IMG/VR virus record: IMGVR_UViG_3300032291_001634
Strand: one strand, 5' to 3'
Length of the DNA stretch: 64,000 nt
Source: an uncultured virus (IMG/VR IMGVR_UViG_3300032291_001634)
Taxonomy: Duplodnaviria > Heunggongvirae > Uroviricota > Caudoviricetes
Shown here: piece after piece, positions 17,569 to 27,142 of the stretch
Layout: every line of letters begins with the position of its first letter
How positions within the stretch are numbered: position 1 is the first letter of the stretch
Made by a program: the position numbers and the translations under genes
Notes under the pieces: model-generated
What the model was told of the DNA's origin: nothing
Database searches by the model: none
Seen by the model: the letters and a program-made list of their open reading frames with translations, nothing else

Positions 17569-17938
17569 TATTTCTTCCTTCATTCATGTCATTCGCAAAG
17601 TCATTAACGAATTCCTGTTGATGCTCACCCATCTGGGCTTGCAAAATGTGTGTAGTTAAAGGGTAGTCTACCCTTTGACCCATTTCATCTCTTATATCAA
17701 ACGATTTTGCTGCCTGGTTTAAGTGATGTCCTGCGTCTGTTAGTTCTAGCATAGCAGATGCGCTGTAAGGTTGCTTATTATGCTCCGCTTTACCTGATTC
17801 AATAGCTGACATAGCGTTCTTTAAGTGTCCCGTAATACTCTTCACATTATTATAGCCCAGGTTACGACCGTGCTCACTTGCATAATCCAACATGTGGAAA
17901 TACAAATCTGCAGCCTTGTCAAACGAAGGGTGAGACAT
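17552..17938 (-). CDS. helical hypothetical protein
   Basis: TAATG coupling. Confidence 0.75.
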   Translation of the reverse strand: MSHPSFDKAADLYFHMLDYASEHGRNLGYNNVKSITGHLKNAMSAIESGKAEHNKQPYSASAMLELTDAGHHLNQAAKSFDIRDEMGQRVDYPLTTHILQAQMGEHQQEFVNDFANDMNEGRNNGRKY

Positions 17939-18141
17939 TATACCATTTTCCTATTAATACGGTCTTGACGGCGTTTTTCACCGCAATCAGAGCAAATACC
18001 TAACTTAGTGTACATATACTCTACTGGGTTTATCATGATTCCACATGTTGGACATGGATGAGAACCACGATAGTTTATTGAGTTCTTTGCTATTTGATAC
18101 GCTTGAAGCTCTAGTGTTAAGGCACCATCTCCGTTATCCAT
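17938..18141 (-). CDS. zinc-ribbon protein
   Basis: CPTCG...CSDC; TAATG coupling. Confidence 0.75.
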   Translation of the reverse strand: MDNGDGALTLELQAYQIAKNSINYRGSHPCPTCGIMINPVEYMYTKLGICSDCGEKRRQDRINRKMV

Positions 18142-19964
18142 TATTCACCTGCTCCAGTCATAAAGTGAATTGTTCTGCCTTCAGGAGTTCTAGGCTTTAA
18201 AGCCATTGCGGCCTCTGTTTTAGCTACACTTCCTGTAGTAGCTCCCTCTTCATTTATACCAGTAGTTTTATCTGGAGTAAATTCAACTGAAGTGTCTTTT
18301 CTACTTAATGCTGCACCAGAAGCTTTTGCTCTTGCTAGTTGGCGTTTATTAACGGCCTCAGGAACATCAATTTGGTTGTATTTCTCAGCTGCTGCACTTT
18401 CACCAGCGGAAGGATAGAATGCTGCTAAAGAACCCTTCTTAGGGATATCTATAGGTTCACCTTCAGGTGTTCCCGCTGGTCTTGCAAAAACTCTTTTTTC
18501 AAATGAGGATTTAGGATTTGGAGTAAAGATTGTTAGTCTAGCAGATTTTTGTCCGTCATATTCAAGTGGTTTGGTCTGAAGTTTATTTGCTGACTTATAA
18601 CCAGATATGTCAGCAGCAGCATCGCTACTTTCAAAATCTTCTGGTCTGGCTCCCTTAGTATTCTTAACCCAGTGAGACCTTACTTGGTTTTTTTCATGCC
18701 AAGATGCAGGGTCTGTGTGGGCCTCTGAACCAACAAAAGTCTTTTTAATGTATTCTTTTCCGACTTCTGCTGCTGATGCTTCATTTTGTTTTTCATTATA
18801 ATCAAACACAGGCTGAACTTGGGCTCTTCCCCACCTTAAACTAAAAGGCACAGGAGATGCTGTGTTGTTTTTGTTTAACTCTGCTAATTTAGCAGTATCT
18901 TTAGGTGATAAAGGTTCTGCAGGATAGTTTTCAGACGGTTTTACAATATTTATAAACCCTTTTTCTGCTTTTCTTCTTTGCTCAGCTTCCCCTTGTCGGG
19001 CACGTCTGGAAGATACAGCAGCAGCTGTTGCTGCTTTTTCTTCGTCTGTTTTAGGCGCTAGGTTACCTAGAGCAGCGGTTACTTGAGGAACTTCTCTCCA
19101 AGTTGCATAATTTCTTTTAAGTTGTGGCTTTATTTCCTTAGCAATATTATCTGGAATAATTCCAGCCGCTGTTGAACGACTAAGGGCATGGTTAGTATAT
19201 GCTTCAACTAGATTTGTTATTTTTTCATGTGAGTCTAAATCAACGTTTACTGGACTTTCTGAGTTACCATACTCAGGACCATCAAACACTTTTTTATATT
19301 TTTGAGAAGTTTTAAAAGCATCACGAGCGTATGTCAAGGCACCTGCTAAGCTATCGCCAGCTTTAGTAAATGACTCCAATGCTGAAAGGGCTCCTTCAGC
19401 TCCACCAGCATGGTGAGCGTTAAATGAGTTAGTGTGATGCTTTTCTGCTTGGTCTAGGAGAGTCTCGACTGAGCTCAGTTTTTTTATTGTTTGAGGAGAT
19501 ACAAAGCTTCTTCGTTTACCTCCAGCATCAACCATACGGTCTACAGGTACCCCTTGTTTTTCTGCTGTATAAGCGGCACGTTCTTTAGCATCACCTTTAA
19601 CTTGGTTCTTAACTTGGCTTACACGACTTTTAACATCATTTATCATAGACAATAAAGAGTCATGATAGTTTGTATTTTCGCTAATTTTATTAGGTGCGTT
19701 TAATCTAAACCCGCGGTCAACAGAAGGTAAAGGTTCTCCTGAATCAAGCATGGCTGTAAAAGCGGATGTTCTAGCTGCTTTTTTAGCGTTTGCTTCAGCT
19801 GCTGCTGCTTTAACTTCTTCTAGTGTTGGGGCTTTTTTAGGTTCAGCTTTAGGTTTGGCGGCTTTTTGAGTTGCTTTTACAGAGGTTTTTTTAGCGTTTC
19901 TTTCAGCTGCTCTAGCTTTAATCCTTGCAAGTTCACTTGCACTAAGTTTTGATGTTCCAGCCAT
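18141..19964 (-). CDS. large Ala/Lys-rich low-complexity protein
   Basis: 607 aa ORF, TAATG coupling. Confidence 0.8.
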   Translation of the reverse strand: MAGTSKLSASELARIKARAAERNAKKTSVKATQKAAKPKAEPKKAPTLEEVKAAAAEANAKKAARTSAFTAMLDSGEPLPSVDRGFRLNAPNKISENTNYHDSLLSMINDVKSRVSQVKNQVKGDAKERAAYTAEKQGVPVDRMVDAGGKRRSFVSPQTIKKLSSVETLLDQAEKHHTNSFNAHHAGGAEGALSALESFTKAGDSLAGALTYARDAFKTSQKYKKVFDGPEYGNSESPVNVDLDSHEKITNLVEAYTNHALSRSTAAGIIPDNIAKEIKPQLKRNYATWREVPQVTAALGNLAPKTDEEKAATAAAVSSRRARQGEAEQRRKAEKGFINIVKPSENYPAEPLSPKDTAKLAELNKNNTASPVPFSLRWGRAQVQPVFDYNEKQNEASAAEVGKEYIKKTFVGSEAHTDPASWHEKNQVRSHWVKNTKGARPEDFESSDAAADISGYKSANKLQTKPLEYDGQKSARLTIFTPNPKSSFEKRVFARPAGTPEGEPIDIPKKGSLAAFYPSAGESAAAEKYNQIDVPEAVNKRQLARAKASGAALSRKDTSVEFTPDKTTGINEEGATTGSVAKTEAAMALKPRTPEGRTIHFMTGAGE

Positions 19965-21751
19965 TAGTCATTTCCTCTTCTTGTAATTCCTAGCATTGCA
20001 GCTTCTGCGATTATTTGTGCATCACTCTTCTTTTTTCTAGAAGGCGTAGAGGCTTTTTTCTCTGCAGCGGCGGTGGCTTTGTTTTTCTTTTCTGCTAAAT
20101 AAAGTTCGTATGCATGGTCAACAAGTTTTTGTCTATCTGCTAAGTCTTGGTCAATTTCAGCAGCAGCAGAGGCAGATGTTCGTGCTGCAGATTGCGCTCT
20201 ATTGGTTATAGCGGCACGTTTCCTTGCAGGAAGAGTGTCCCAGTTTCTTTCAACTGGTTTAGCTTCCGGCTTTGGAGCTGGGGCAGACGGTGAACTAGGT
20301 GCAGGGTTAATATCCTGAACGGTAGTATGCATAGCTCCGGCTTTAACTAGTTCTTTAAATGAAAGTGGTTTACCTTTATCATTAAGGTGTGGAACTTCTT
20401 GTCCATTTGCACCAATTACTTTTTGCCCAACATGTTTGCCAAAAGGCACAAGTTTAGTATCCTTTGATGCTGGAAGTCTGTCTACCGGCTTACCGTTAAC
20501 AAATGCCCAACGTTGACCGGTGATTTTATGCTGACCAATTTCAGCATTTGCTGGATAGGCATTTGGATTAACGTACACAAAACTAACTTTTTTACTTTTA
20601 ACTAAATTATCTGGATTGCCTGGGGTGATTCCGGCTCCCAAGCTTGTAGGTCTAGCACCGGCAAACCCGACAGTATCAAATGCTGAACCCATGTCATTGT
20701 TTCCAATAGTTAGTGGTCCCGGATTGGTTGGCCCGTATTCTGCTCCGCCTTTAGGGGTACCTTTTTTAGAGAATTTAAGTGTTTTTCTAGCTAACTGTTT
20801 GCTAACTCCTGGGTGCTTTCCTTCATCAATTTCTCTGTTTACCTGAACAAGGCGTTCAAATGTTTCCTGGGTGTTTTGTAGTTTAGAAGCCCCACCTCTT
20901 CCTAGTTTTATATATTTAGGGAGGTTTGTTCTGTCTGATGGCACTGCGTGTTCAACAAGGGCATGAGCTCTAGGAACATCTGTTGAACTAGTACCTACTG
21001 GTGGTAAACTTCCCGCTGTCGTGTAGTACTCCGGCAGGTGCATTTGTTCGTTTGCTTGATGAATAGCGTCTGTAGCTGCTCTCATATGAACATTTGTTAC
21101 GTGTACACTGTTCGCAGCTTTAGAAGAAACTGCTTGGTTCAAAGAATGCTGAGCAAGGAAAACCATGTTGCCTATGTTGTTGTGCATACTATATAAAGGA
21201 TGAGAACTGTCATCACCAATTTTTTCATCAACTTTATTCCAGTGGTCATTTAGCACTTTAATATTTGCTTGAGTTTCTGAAAGAATTTGTCTCTGACCTT
21301 TAGTTGCGTTTACCGCTCCCGGGAAAGGCATCCTTTTTCTTAAAGTGTCTTCGTATTCGCTTTCGGCAGAAGAGCCTTTAGGTGCAGGAGCAGCAGCAGA
21401 TTTAGGAGTTCTTGGTTCTGCAGCTCTTTTTAATAGTGGGTCACTTAATGGATTGCCTTCAATGTCGTGAGTTTCACCAACAACTTTTCCACCTCTAAGC
21501 TTGAAAATCTTTTTTTCATTTTCGCTTTTAAACTCTTCTGGGAATCTTGCTCCGGACGGCAAAGAAGATTGTCTTGAGCCAGGAACAGTTACTGCACCTG
21601 GAATATAAACAGGTCTTGATACTGAAACTTCTTCTGACTTTGCTTTTTTTGCAGCAGCATCTTGTTCAGGGGTTAATGCTGAACCTAAACCCAACTCAAC
21701 TGGAGTAGCTCCTGCACCTTTATGGCCTTTACCAAATTCTTCTAGACTCAT
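19964..21751 (-). CDS. large Ala/Lys/Pro-rich low-complexity protein
   Basis: 595 aa ORF, TAATG coupling. Confidence 0.8.
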   Translation of the reverse strand: MSLEEFGKGHKGAGATPVELGLGSALTPEQDAAAKKAKSEEVSVSRPVYIPGAVTVPGSRQSSLPSGARFPEEFKSENEKKIFKLRGGKVVGETHDIEGNPLSDPLLKRAAEPRTPKSAAAPAPKGSSAESEYEDTLRKRMPFPGAVNATKGQRQILSETQANIKVLNDHWNKVDEKIGDDSSHPLYSMHNNIGNMVFLAQHSLNQAVSSKAANSVHVTNVHMRAATDAIHQANEQMHLPEYYTTAGSLPPVGTSSTDVPRAHALVEHAVPSDRTNLPKYIKLGRGGASKLQNTQETFERLVQVNREIDEGKHPGVSKQLARKTLKFSKKGTPKGGAEYGPTNPGPLTIGNNDMGSAFDTVGFAGARPTSLGAGITPGNPDNLVKSKKVSFVYVNPNAYPANAEIGQHKITGQRWAFVNGKPVDRLPASKDTKLVPFGKHVGQKVIGANGQEVPHLNDKGKPLSFKELVKAGAMHTTVQDINPAPSSPSAPAPKPEAKPVERNWDTLPARKRAAITNRAQSAARTSASAAAEIDQDLADRQKLVDHAYELYLAEKKNKATAAAEKKASTPSRKKKSDAQIIAEAAMLGITRRGND

Positions 21752-22110
21752 TAATTATTTCCTAAATCGTTTCTGCTTGAACCAGAGTAGCTACCTACTC
21801 CTCCTGAATACCATGAAACTCTTGGCTCTGTATAGATTCTATTGATACTTACAATATCATCGATACCTGGTTGCTGACGGTCTCCGTACCCATATTTAGG
21901 TGGGAAAAGCTGAATCTGCGGCAATGGTGCTTTAACCATTTGCTGCAGTAGAGCTCCAGGAACTGTCATAACCATTAAAGCTTGTTGGGTAAGTCTTTCT
22001 TCATTACTTGCCCAAGGTCCATTATACGACCATTTAGGCTGTTGTGGGGCCTGAGTCCAAGGTTTTGTATAATCATAACGTCCATCAAAAGAGTAACTCA
22101 CTATGCCCAC
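21751..22110 (-). CDS. hypothetical protein
   Basis: ORF in operon; start uncertain. Confidence 0.7.
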   Translation of the reverse strand: MGIVSYSFDGRYDYTKPWTQAPQQPKWSYNGPWASNEERLTQQALMVMTVPGALLQQMVKAPLPQIQLFPPKYGYGDRQQPGIDDIVSINRIYTEPRVSWYSGGVGSYSGSSRNDLGNN

Positions 22111-22634
22111 CTTGGCTTTAGGTATGACATTCTGTTAGCTCGTTTAGCATCAAATGCCATTGGAGAGTCTGAACGCATGTTAGACTTGCCATCGTTCACT
22201 AGGTGAGGGGCAGGGACCAGAGACTGGTCTGGTGTTGCTCTAGGAATCATATAAACAATTGCACCATTAACGTTTACTTGCTTAGCTTTCATTTGGCGCT
22301 TTATACCTGACTGGTCGTTAAAGTCTAGGCTCCAATAATAAGCATTAGGCTCAATACGTTCACCCTTGTGAACACCACGCTGATAGGCTTTCTGATTAAC
22401 TCGGTTCTTAATTGAGTCAAGAAGACGGTCATCACGTCTTGAGCGGATTGTACCTAAGTAGCCATCAGGGTATTCAGCAGAAGGGACTCGTCCTGTACCA
22501 ATACGTACAGAGTCCAGCTGCCCACGTGCAACAGCGCCACCGTAACCACCTTGGTTGTTATAGCCGTTTAGACCATTACCACCAATTGATTGCCAGTTTT
22601 GTTGTGGACTAAAGTTATTAGTTGAGCCAGCCAT
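22101..22634 (-). CDS. hypothetical protein
   Basis: 177 aa; YPDGYLGTIRSRR.DRLL, YQRGVHKGERI. Confidence 0.8.
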   Translation of the reverse strand: MAGSTNNFSPQQNWQSIGGNGLNGYNNQGGYGGAVARGQLDSVRIGTGRVPSAEYPDGYLGTIRSRRDDRLLDSIKNRVNQKAYQRGVHKGERIEPNAYYWSLDFNDQSGIKRQMKAKQVNVNGAIVYMIPRATPDQSLVPAPHLVNDGKSNMRSDSPMAFDAKRANRMSYLKPRWA

Positions 22635-22888
22635 TACTGTTCACCAATAGCTCCGCCATAAACGGTACCTGTGGTTTCCTTGCTAAGTGCGTTAGGTCTT
22701 CCACGTTGTTCAGCAATATCTTGGTTGTTAAACACAAAAGCGTTAGAACCACGGTTTAGCTTGCTTTGTGAGCGTGCTGCCATGGCCGGATTATGCTCAT
22801 AGCTTTGTGCGCTGCCAACGTTATACCCAGCGTTACCCTGTGATTGGGCAAACTGCTTAGCACTTTGAGGCATGTGTCGTTGAGACAT
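22634..22888 (-). CDS. hypothetical Gln/Asn/Gly-rich protein
   Basis: SD AAGG before MSQRHMP. Confidence 0.65.
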   Translation of the reverse strand: MSQRHMPQSAKQFAQSQGNAGYNVGSAQSYEHNPAMAARSQSKLNRGSNAFVFNNQDIAEQRGRPNALSKETTGTVYGGAIGEQ

Positions 22889-22901
22889 ACTTTTTAACCT
22901 T

Positions 22902-23360
22902 TTATAGGTAAGACTGGCCTTCAGCGTCCTGGAAAGAACGATTAACGCTAGCAACAGATGGGATAACTCTAGCACTGGCCATTGTTGGGCCAGCTGAAGG
23001 GTCTAGCTGAACAAATGTAGACTTAGGAGAGATACGGTATGTTGCACCTATCTTCTCAATGTTCTGACGGTTCTGCTTAGTTCCTGCTGCAGTTGGGTCC
23101 ATTGCCTGAGTACCCTTTTTAGGCACTAGGGTGCCACGCATCTGGCTTGGGTTAATCTCGTCTACTTGTCCGTAAACAGACATGTCTAGAGACCCATCTC
23201 CCATTGGAACTCTGTGACTACCAGCTGCTGCTGCATCACTGTAGTGTTCTGAATGTGTTTTGTGTGAACGTGACATGCTGTTTCCTAACGATTCTAAATA
23301 GTTTGATGGTTCGCCGGTACGACGGCGCATACCATGGCCCATTGATGACTTACTTGCCAT
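22902..23360 (-). CDS. hypothetical protein
   Basis: SD AAGGAG. Confidence 0.75.
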   Translation of the reverse strand: MASKSSMGHGMRRRTGEPSNYLESLGNSMSRSHKTHSEHYSDAAAAGSHRVPMGDGSLDMSVYGQVDEINPSQMRGTLVPKKGTQAMDPTAAGTKQNRQNIEKIGATYRISPKSTFVQLDPSAGPTMASARVIPSVASVNRSFQDAEGQSYL

Positions 23361-23375
23361 TGGAGCTCCTTAAAA

Positions 23376-23669
23376 TTAACTTGCTGATATTGCAAACACT
23401 ATTGCAGAGATTTCGCCATCTCTTGATTCAATAGTAGTAAATCCAGGCTTGCATGTCAGGTCTAAACCACGTGGTGCTACATATCCACGTGCAATAGCGA
23501 TTGATTTTACAGCCTGGTTAACTGCTCCAGCACCTACGGCTCTAAGCTTTACAGCCTTGCTCTCATAGATAGCGTGGGCAATTGCCGATGCTACGGATTG
23601 TGGGTTTGACCCAGCTGAAACTCGAAGAAAAGGCTCTTCGGTTGATGGGACGACTACTTCTTCACTCAT
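23376..23669 (-). CDS. spoVS: SpoVS-family (Alba-like) protein
   Basis: LRVSAGSNPQSVASAIA, AVGAGAVNQAVKSIAIARGYVAP.G.DL.C.PGF signature. Confidence 0.9.
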   Translation of the reverse strand: MSEEVVVPSTEEPFLRVSAGSNPQSVASAIAHAIYESKAVKLRAVGAGAVNQAVKSIAIARGYVAPRGLDLTCKPGFTTIESRDGEISAIVFAISAS

Positions 23670-23724
23670 TTGTATTCCTTGGGTGTACGGGTTGTATGCC
23701 ATCCTTATATTAAGATTACAGGTT

Positions 23725-24294
23725 TTATTCTATAAAATCCCTGTATTTGTCGTCTTTTATTTTTTCTTGGGTTTCTCGCTCAATAGCATCAATTGCTGAC
23801 CCTGAAGCCAGTCTAGCTAGAGCATACGCATCTGCTGCGTTATCATCGTTAAATTCTACTCCCCAGCGCTTATAAATCTGTAGAAGCATCTCTTGCTTCT
23901 TGGCGGTGCCTTTGCCTGTAGCATACTTTTTAAGGGTCATTGGGGGTACTTGAAGTGGTGGTTCGGCAAGGTTATACCAAAGCACTAGTTTTACTACAGC
24001 AGCTAGTTCACCTAAAACTAATGCGGAGTGGGAGGCTAAAACAGCACCTTCCATAGCTGCGTCTTTTATTTTCCAGCCGTTTACTTTAAACTCAAGTAGT
24101 TTTCCATCAAGCCAGTTGTATATATCAACAAGGCGTTGAACACCTCGGTACTCGGATTTTGCTACCCAAGTCATATGGAGGTTAGGGAACTCAACGGAGA
24201 CTGCTGAAAGAGCAAACCCTGTTAATGATTGGTCTATACCTATTGTTATTTCTTGGCTGCCTTGTAGGCCGCCGTCGAATTCCTTAATCTTCAT
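23725..24294 (-). CDS. RuvC-like Holliday junction resolvase
   Basis: IGIDQSLTG, AAMEG, PPMTLKKYATGKG, DDNAADAYAL. Confidence 0.88.
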   Translation of the reverse strand: MKIKEFDGGLQGSQEITIGIDQSLTGFALSAVSVEFPNLHMTWVAKSEYRGVQRLVDIYNWLDGKLLEFKVNGWKIKDAAMEGAVLASHSALVLGELAAVVKLVLWYNLAEPPLQVPPMTLKKYATGKGTAKKQEMLLQIYKRWGVEFNDDNAADAYALARLASGSAIDAIERETQEKIKDDKYRDFIE

Positions 24295-24301
24295 TGTATA
24301 C

Positions 24302-24733
24302 CTAGTCGGTAGACTTCCACATCTTTAAAAATTTCATTAAGCCTTTCATTGAAACTAGCACCCCTAGGCTAGCAGCAGAATGGGCATTAGAAATAGGCTG
24401 TGCGCTCTTTGGAGGCTCTACAATATCAATATAGTTACGTAGTGCTTCCGTCTTAATTAACAGCACCGCGGTGCCGTCAGGGGACGCCTGAGCCCACCAT
24501 TTGGACTCTGTACCATTAATACCCGATGGAACTGCTTCATCTTCCCTACCATTACGGTATTTATGTGTCTCAACGTAAATGTTACCAGTTTCGTTGGTAC
24601 GGTAATCAGTCTTTACTTCAATAGTTACATTAGGGTCTTGGCTATCTTCAAATAAAATGTCTAGAAGTTTTTCGCCTACTTCTCCGCGCTCCATATCACG
24701 GTCAAAACGTGGTTCAAATCCTGTTGCCTTCAT
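24302..24733 (-). CDS. PD-(D/E)xK-like nuclease
   Basis: FDRDMERGEVGE, IEVKTD, TGNIYVE, PSGI..T. Confidence 0.7.
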   Translation of the reverse strand: MKATGFEPRFDRDMERGEVGEKLLDILFEDSQDPNVTIEVKTDYRTNETGNIYVETHKYRNGREDEAVPSGINGTESKWWAQASPDGTAVLLIKTEALRNYIDIVEPPKSAQPISNAHSAASLGVLVSMKGLMKFLKMWKSTD

Positions 24734-24909
24734 TATTCTTTTCCTTCACAGTTTAAAATTGCTTCAACTTCATTGTTAGAGTATTTGTCCCAGCAGTTTT
24801 CTACTTTTCCAACTCCTGTAAATAAAAACCCGTAAACTAGAGTCCCAATCATAGCTAGGAATATAGAGGCAAAAACTATAATATCTGTTTTAGTTACACC
24901 ATCATTCAT
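24733..24909 (-). CDS. 58 aa single-pass membrane protein (not in ORF track)
   Basis: SD AAGGAG; MNDGVTKTDIIVFASIFLAMIGTLVYGFLF...CW...NCE. Confidence 0.7.
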   Translation of the reverse strand: MNDGVTKTDIIVFASIFLAMIGTLVYGFLFTGVGKVENCWDKYSNNEVEAILNCEGKE

Positions 24910-25288
24910 TTGGCCACTCCTTGTCTAGGACTAGCATAGCAATAATTGCGTAGTTAGCCATATCTAGGAATGAGTCTTTAAGACTTTCGTTCTCGGGAGT
25001 AGCTCCTGAGTCAATTAGATGGTTAATACGAGCAAACTTATCCCACATACGAACACGAAGTCCGTTAAGAGGTCCACCAGGACTCTGTGAAATATTCTTT
25101 GGTCCGTAGTCCTTGTGTTTGCTTAAAAGGGTATGCTTTGCATGTTGAAACTTCTGTTGTACAGCTTCTTCAAATGCGCCATTAGGATTTCCATTGCGAA
25201 TCATTTCTGCAATAGTGTCTGGAAGGTCTTTGATTTCTCCAAGGTCTTCAGTGTGCATGTCTGTGTATAGGTCTTTCATCTGTCCCAT
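24902..25288 (-). CDS. DUF1599 / nucleotide-modification-associated domain 1 protein
   Basis: KHKDYG..NI, VRMWDK.AR, ESL.DSFLDMANYAII. Confidence 0.8.
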   Translation of the reverse strand: MGQMKDLYTDMHTEDLGEIKDLPDTIAEMIRNGNPNGAFEEAVQQKFQHAKHTLLSKHKDYGPKNISQSPGGPLNGLRVRMWDKFARINHLIDSGATPENESLKDSFLDMANYAIIAMLVLDKEWPNE

Positions 25289-25734
25289 TATAGGTTCCTC
25301 CTGTAGTCATTAGAACGGCGTGTGATTTCACGGCTGACCAAGGATAGGTCACGCTCGTGGTTTGTAAGCAGCATTTCGACTAACTTACGATAAGCGTACT
25401 TCTCTTCATAATCATTGTCAAGTTGTACAATCTCTGAATTAATGGACACCTCTGCTTTAATAGCGGTGATACGTTCTCCCTTTGCTTGGGAACCCATACG
25501 CTTAATTAGCATAGTGTTTTCTGTAAAGTCCTTTTTCTTAAGGGCTGCACGTTCCTCTAGCTGTGCCATGGTTAACTGAGAGTTAATGTAATCAGTCCAT
25601 GCAGTTAAGCGAGTAAACAACTCCCCAAGGTCTTCCGAACCTAAAGAGGTTATGTCTGATGGAAGGCGTACTTGTTCACCTTCTGGCTTGTAGAAGGTAA
25701 GACCCCAGTCTTTAAACTTCTCTAGTGCACTCAT
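25288..25734 (-). CDS. helical protein, possibly UvsY-like recombination mediator
   Basis: coiled-coil character, C-terminal VSREITRR; lies in the RecA cluster. Confidence 0.45.
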   Translation of the reverse strand: MSALEKFKDWGLTFYKPEGEQVRLPSDITSLGSEDLGELFTRLTAWTDYINSQLTMAQLEERAALKKKDFTENTMLIKRMGSQAKGERITAIKAEVSINSEIVQLDNDYEEKYAYRKLVEMLLTNHERDLSLVSREITRRSNDYRRNL

Positions 25735-25940
25735 GTGTTTTCTCCTTTTATAATGGCCACTACGTAGTCGTAAGTTTCTTGAGAGATATAATTACGCTCA
25801 CCGTCATCTTCTAGCGCTCTGATGATGCGTTCACGCTCTTCTGACCTAATAAGGTTTTCAAAAGAAGCCTGTTGCTCGCGAACGATTGCTCTCCTAATAT
25901 CAATAGCTTCTTGCTCTGGGTCGTGTGGGTAATCGCTCAT
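25731..25940 (-). CDS. hypothetical protein
   Basis: SD AAGGAGG, TAATG coupling. Confidence 0.7.
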   Translation of the reverse strand: MSDYPHDPEQEAIDIRRAIVREQQASFENLIRSEERERIIRALEDDGERNYISQETYDYVVAIIKGENT

Positions 25941-26800
25941 TAGTCCTCCTTATAAGGGGCACACTGCTTGCAGGTACCTCCTGGGTTGTTGTTACATTCT
26001 GGAGCAATGCCATCTTCCACAGCATCCACAACTAGTTTAGCATTATCAAATACGTGGCGTACAAGTTCGTAATCACGTTTAATAGTAAACTCTTTATAGT
26101 CTTGGTCAGCTTTAAGTTCGTAAATAAATACAATCTCATTTACGTCGTGACCCATACGCTGCATTAGTTCTAGGTATACTTGGCCCTGCATAATGTGAGT
26201 AGGGAATGGACGACGAACGTTCTTCCAAGCTTTCATGAAATCACCATCAGCATCCATAAACAAGTTAGGTGCTTCTGAGCGAATAGTTCCTGGGCCAATT
26301 GATTTAATCTCAATAAGGGTGTCTTCACCGACTCCCTTAATCCAGCCATCAGTGTGGCCAGCAATACGTAAAGACTTGTCTACAAGAGTTACTTCGGCAT
26401 AGGTTAACTTGCTTGATGGTGCACCACAATGTTCACAAGATTCTGGTGAAGTTCCCCAAGTGTACTTATCACATGCGGAACATACAAAGTTACCGTGAAT
26501 AACACCCATTTCCTGGAACCAAGCTTGCCACTTAGCATGGATAGCGTGTCCCTCATCGAAGATGGACTGTAGACGTAGGTTAGGCTTTTCTGCAATTTTT
26601 GTATGCCCACTTAGCAAGAAGTATCCTGCACGACGACAGTAGTCCCTCTTAATAATCTCTGATGGGTGTAGCACGGTTGTGCTACGGTCACCTACTGGAC
26701 GCTTTTGTAGATGACGCTCAATGTCACCCATTAAACGTGATGGTTTTGTTTTTGCATCTAGGAACTTTTTTAAGTCCGACTTGCTTGATGATACCGCCAT
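25940..26800 (-). CDS. Cas4-like PD-(D/E)xK exonuclease with inserted zinc ribbon
   Basis: HPSE..C, GH..H, GHTDG, IEIKS, Q...Y, C-terminal C..CKQC. Confidence 0.85.
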   Translation of the reverse strand: MAVSSSKSDLKKFLDAKTKPSRLMGDIERHLQKRPVGDRSTTVLHPSEIIKRDYCRRAGYFLLSGHTKIAEKPNLRLQSIFDEGHAIHAKWQAWFQEMGVIHGNFVCSACDKYTWGTSPESCEHCGAPSSKLTYAEVTLVDKSLRIAGHTDGWIKGVGEDTLIEIKSIGPGTIRSEAPNLFMDADGDFMKAWKNVRRPFPTHIMQGQVYLELMQRMGHDVNEIVFIYELKADQDYKEFTIKRDYELVRHVFDNAKLVVDAVEDGIAPECNNNPGGTCKQCAPYKED

Positions 26801-27142
26801 TTACTTTTCCTTCTTGTTTACTTGAAAGATATATTCTTTCAAAGTCATACTACTTTTATACTGCCTTTGCCATTTACGCACAAGTGCATTTCTTTCACGA
26901 TGGCTGAGGCCGCCCCAAATACCGTGTTGTTCATCTGATTCTATGGCAGACCACAGACATTCTTTACGAACTGGGCAAGGTGGTACTTCCCCATCTACTC
27001 CAAAGCAATACCTTTTTGCTGCATCTGCTGTTGGTTTATAAAGAGCTTTATCTCTTGGTGGAAAAAATATATCAGGGTTCGAGATATCTTTGCAAGCAGA
27101 ATCATTAATCCACTCTAAATCATTTAGATTAAACATTTCCAT
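26801..27142 (-). CDS. whiB: WhiB-family regulator (expanded CxxC loop)
   Basis: SAC, IFFP, CFGVDGEVPPCPVRKEC, GIWGGLSHRER. Confidence 0.9.
   Translation of the reverse strand: MEMFNLNDLEWINDSACKDISNPDIFFPPRDKALYKPTADAAKRYCFGVDGEVPPCPVRKECLWSAIESDEQHGIWGGLSHRERNALVRKWQRQYKSSMTLKEYIFQVNKKEK

Noticed and set aside
25940..26800. Cas4-like gene as part of a CRISPR-Cas system
   Set aside because: No repeat-spacer array or other cas genes seen; solo Cas4-like nucleases are common in phage recombination modules
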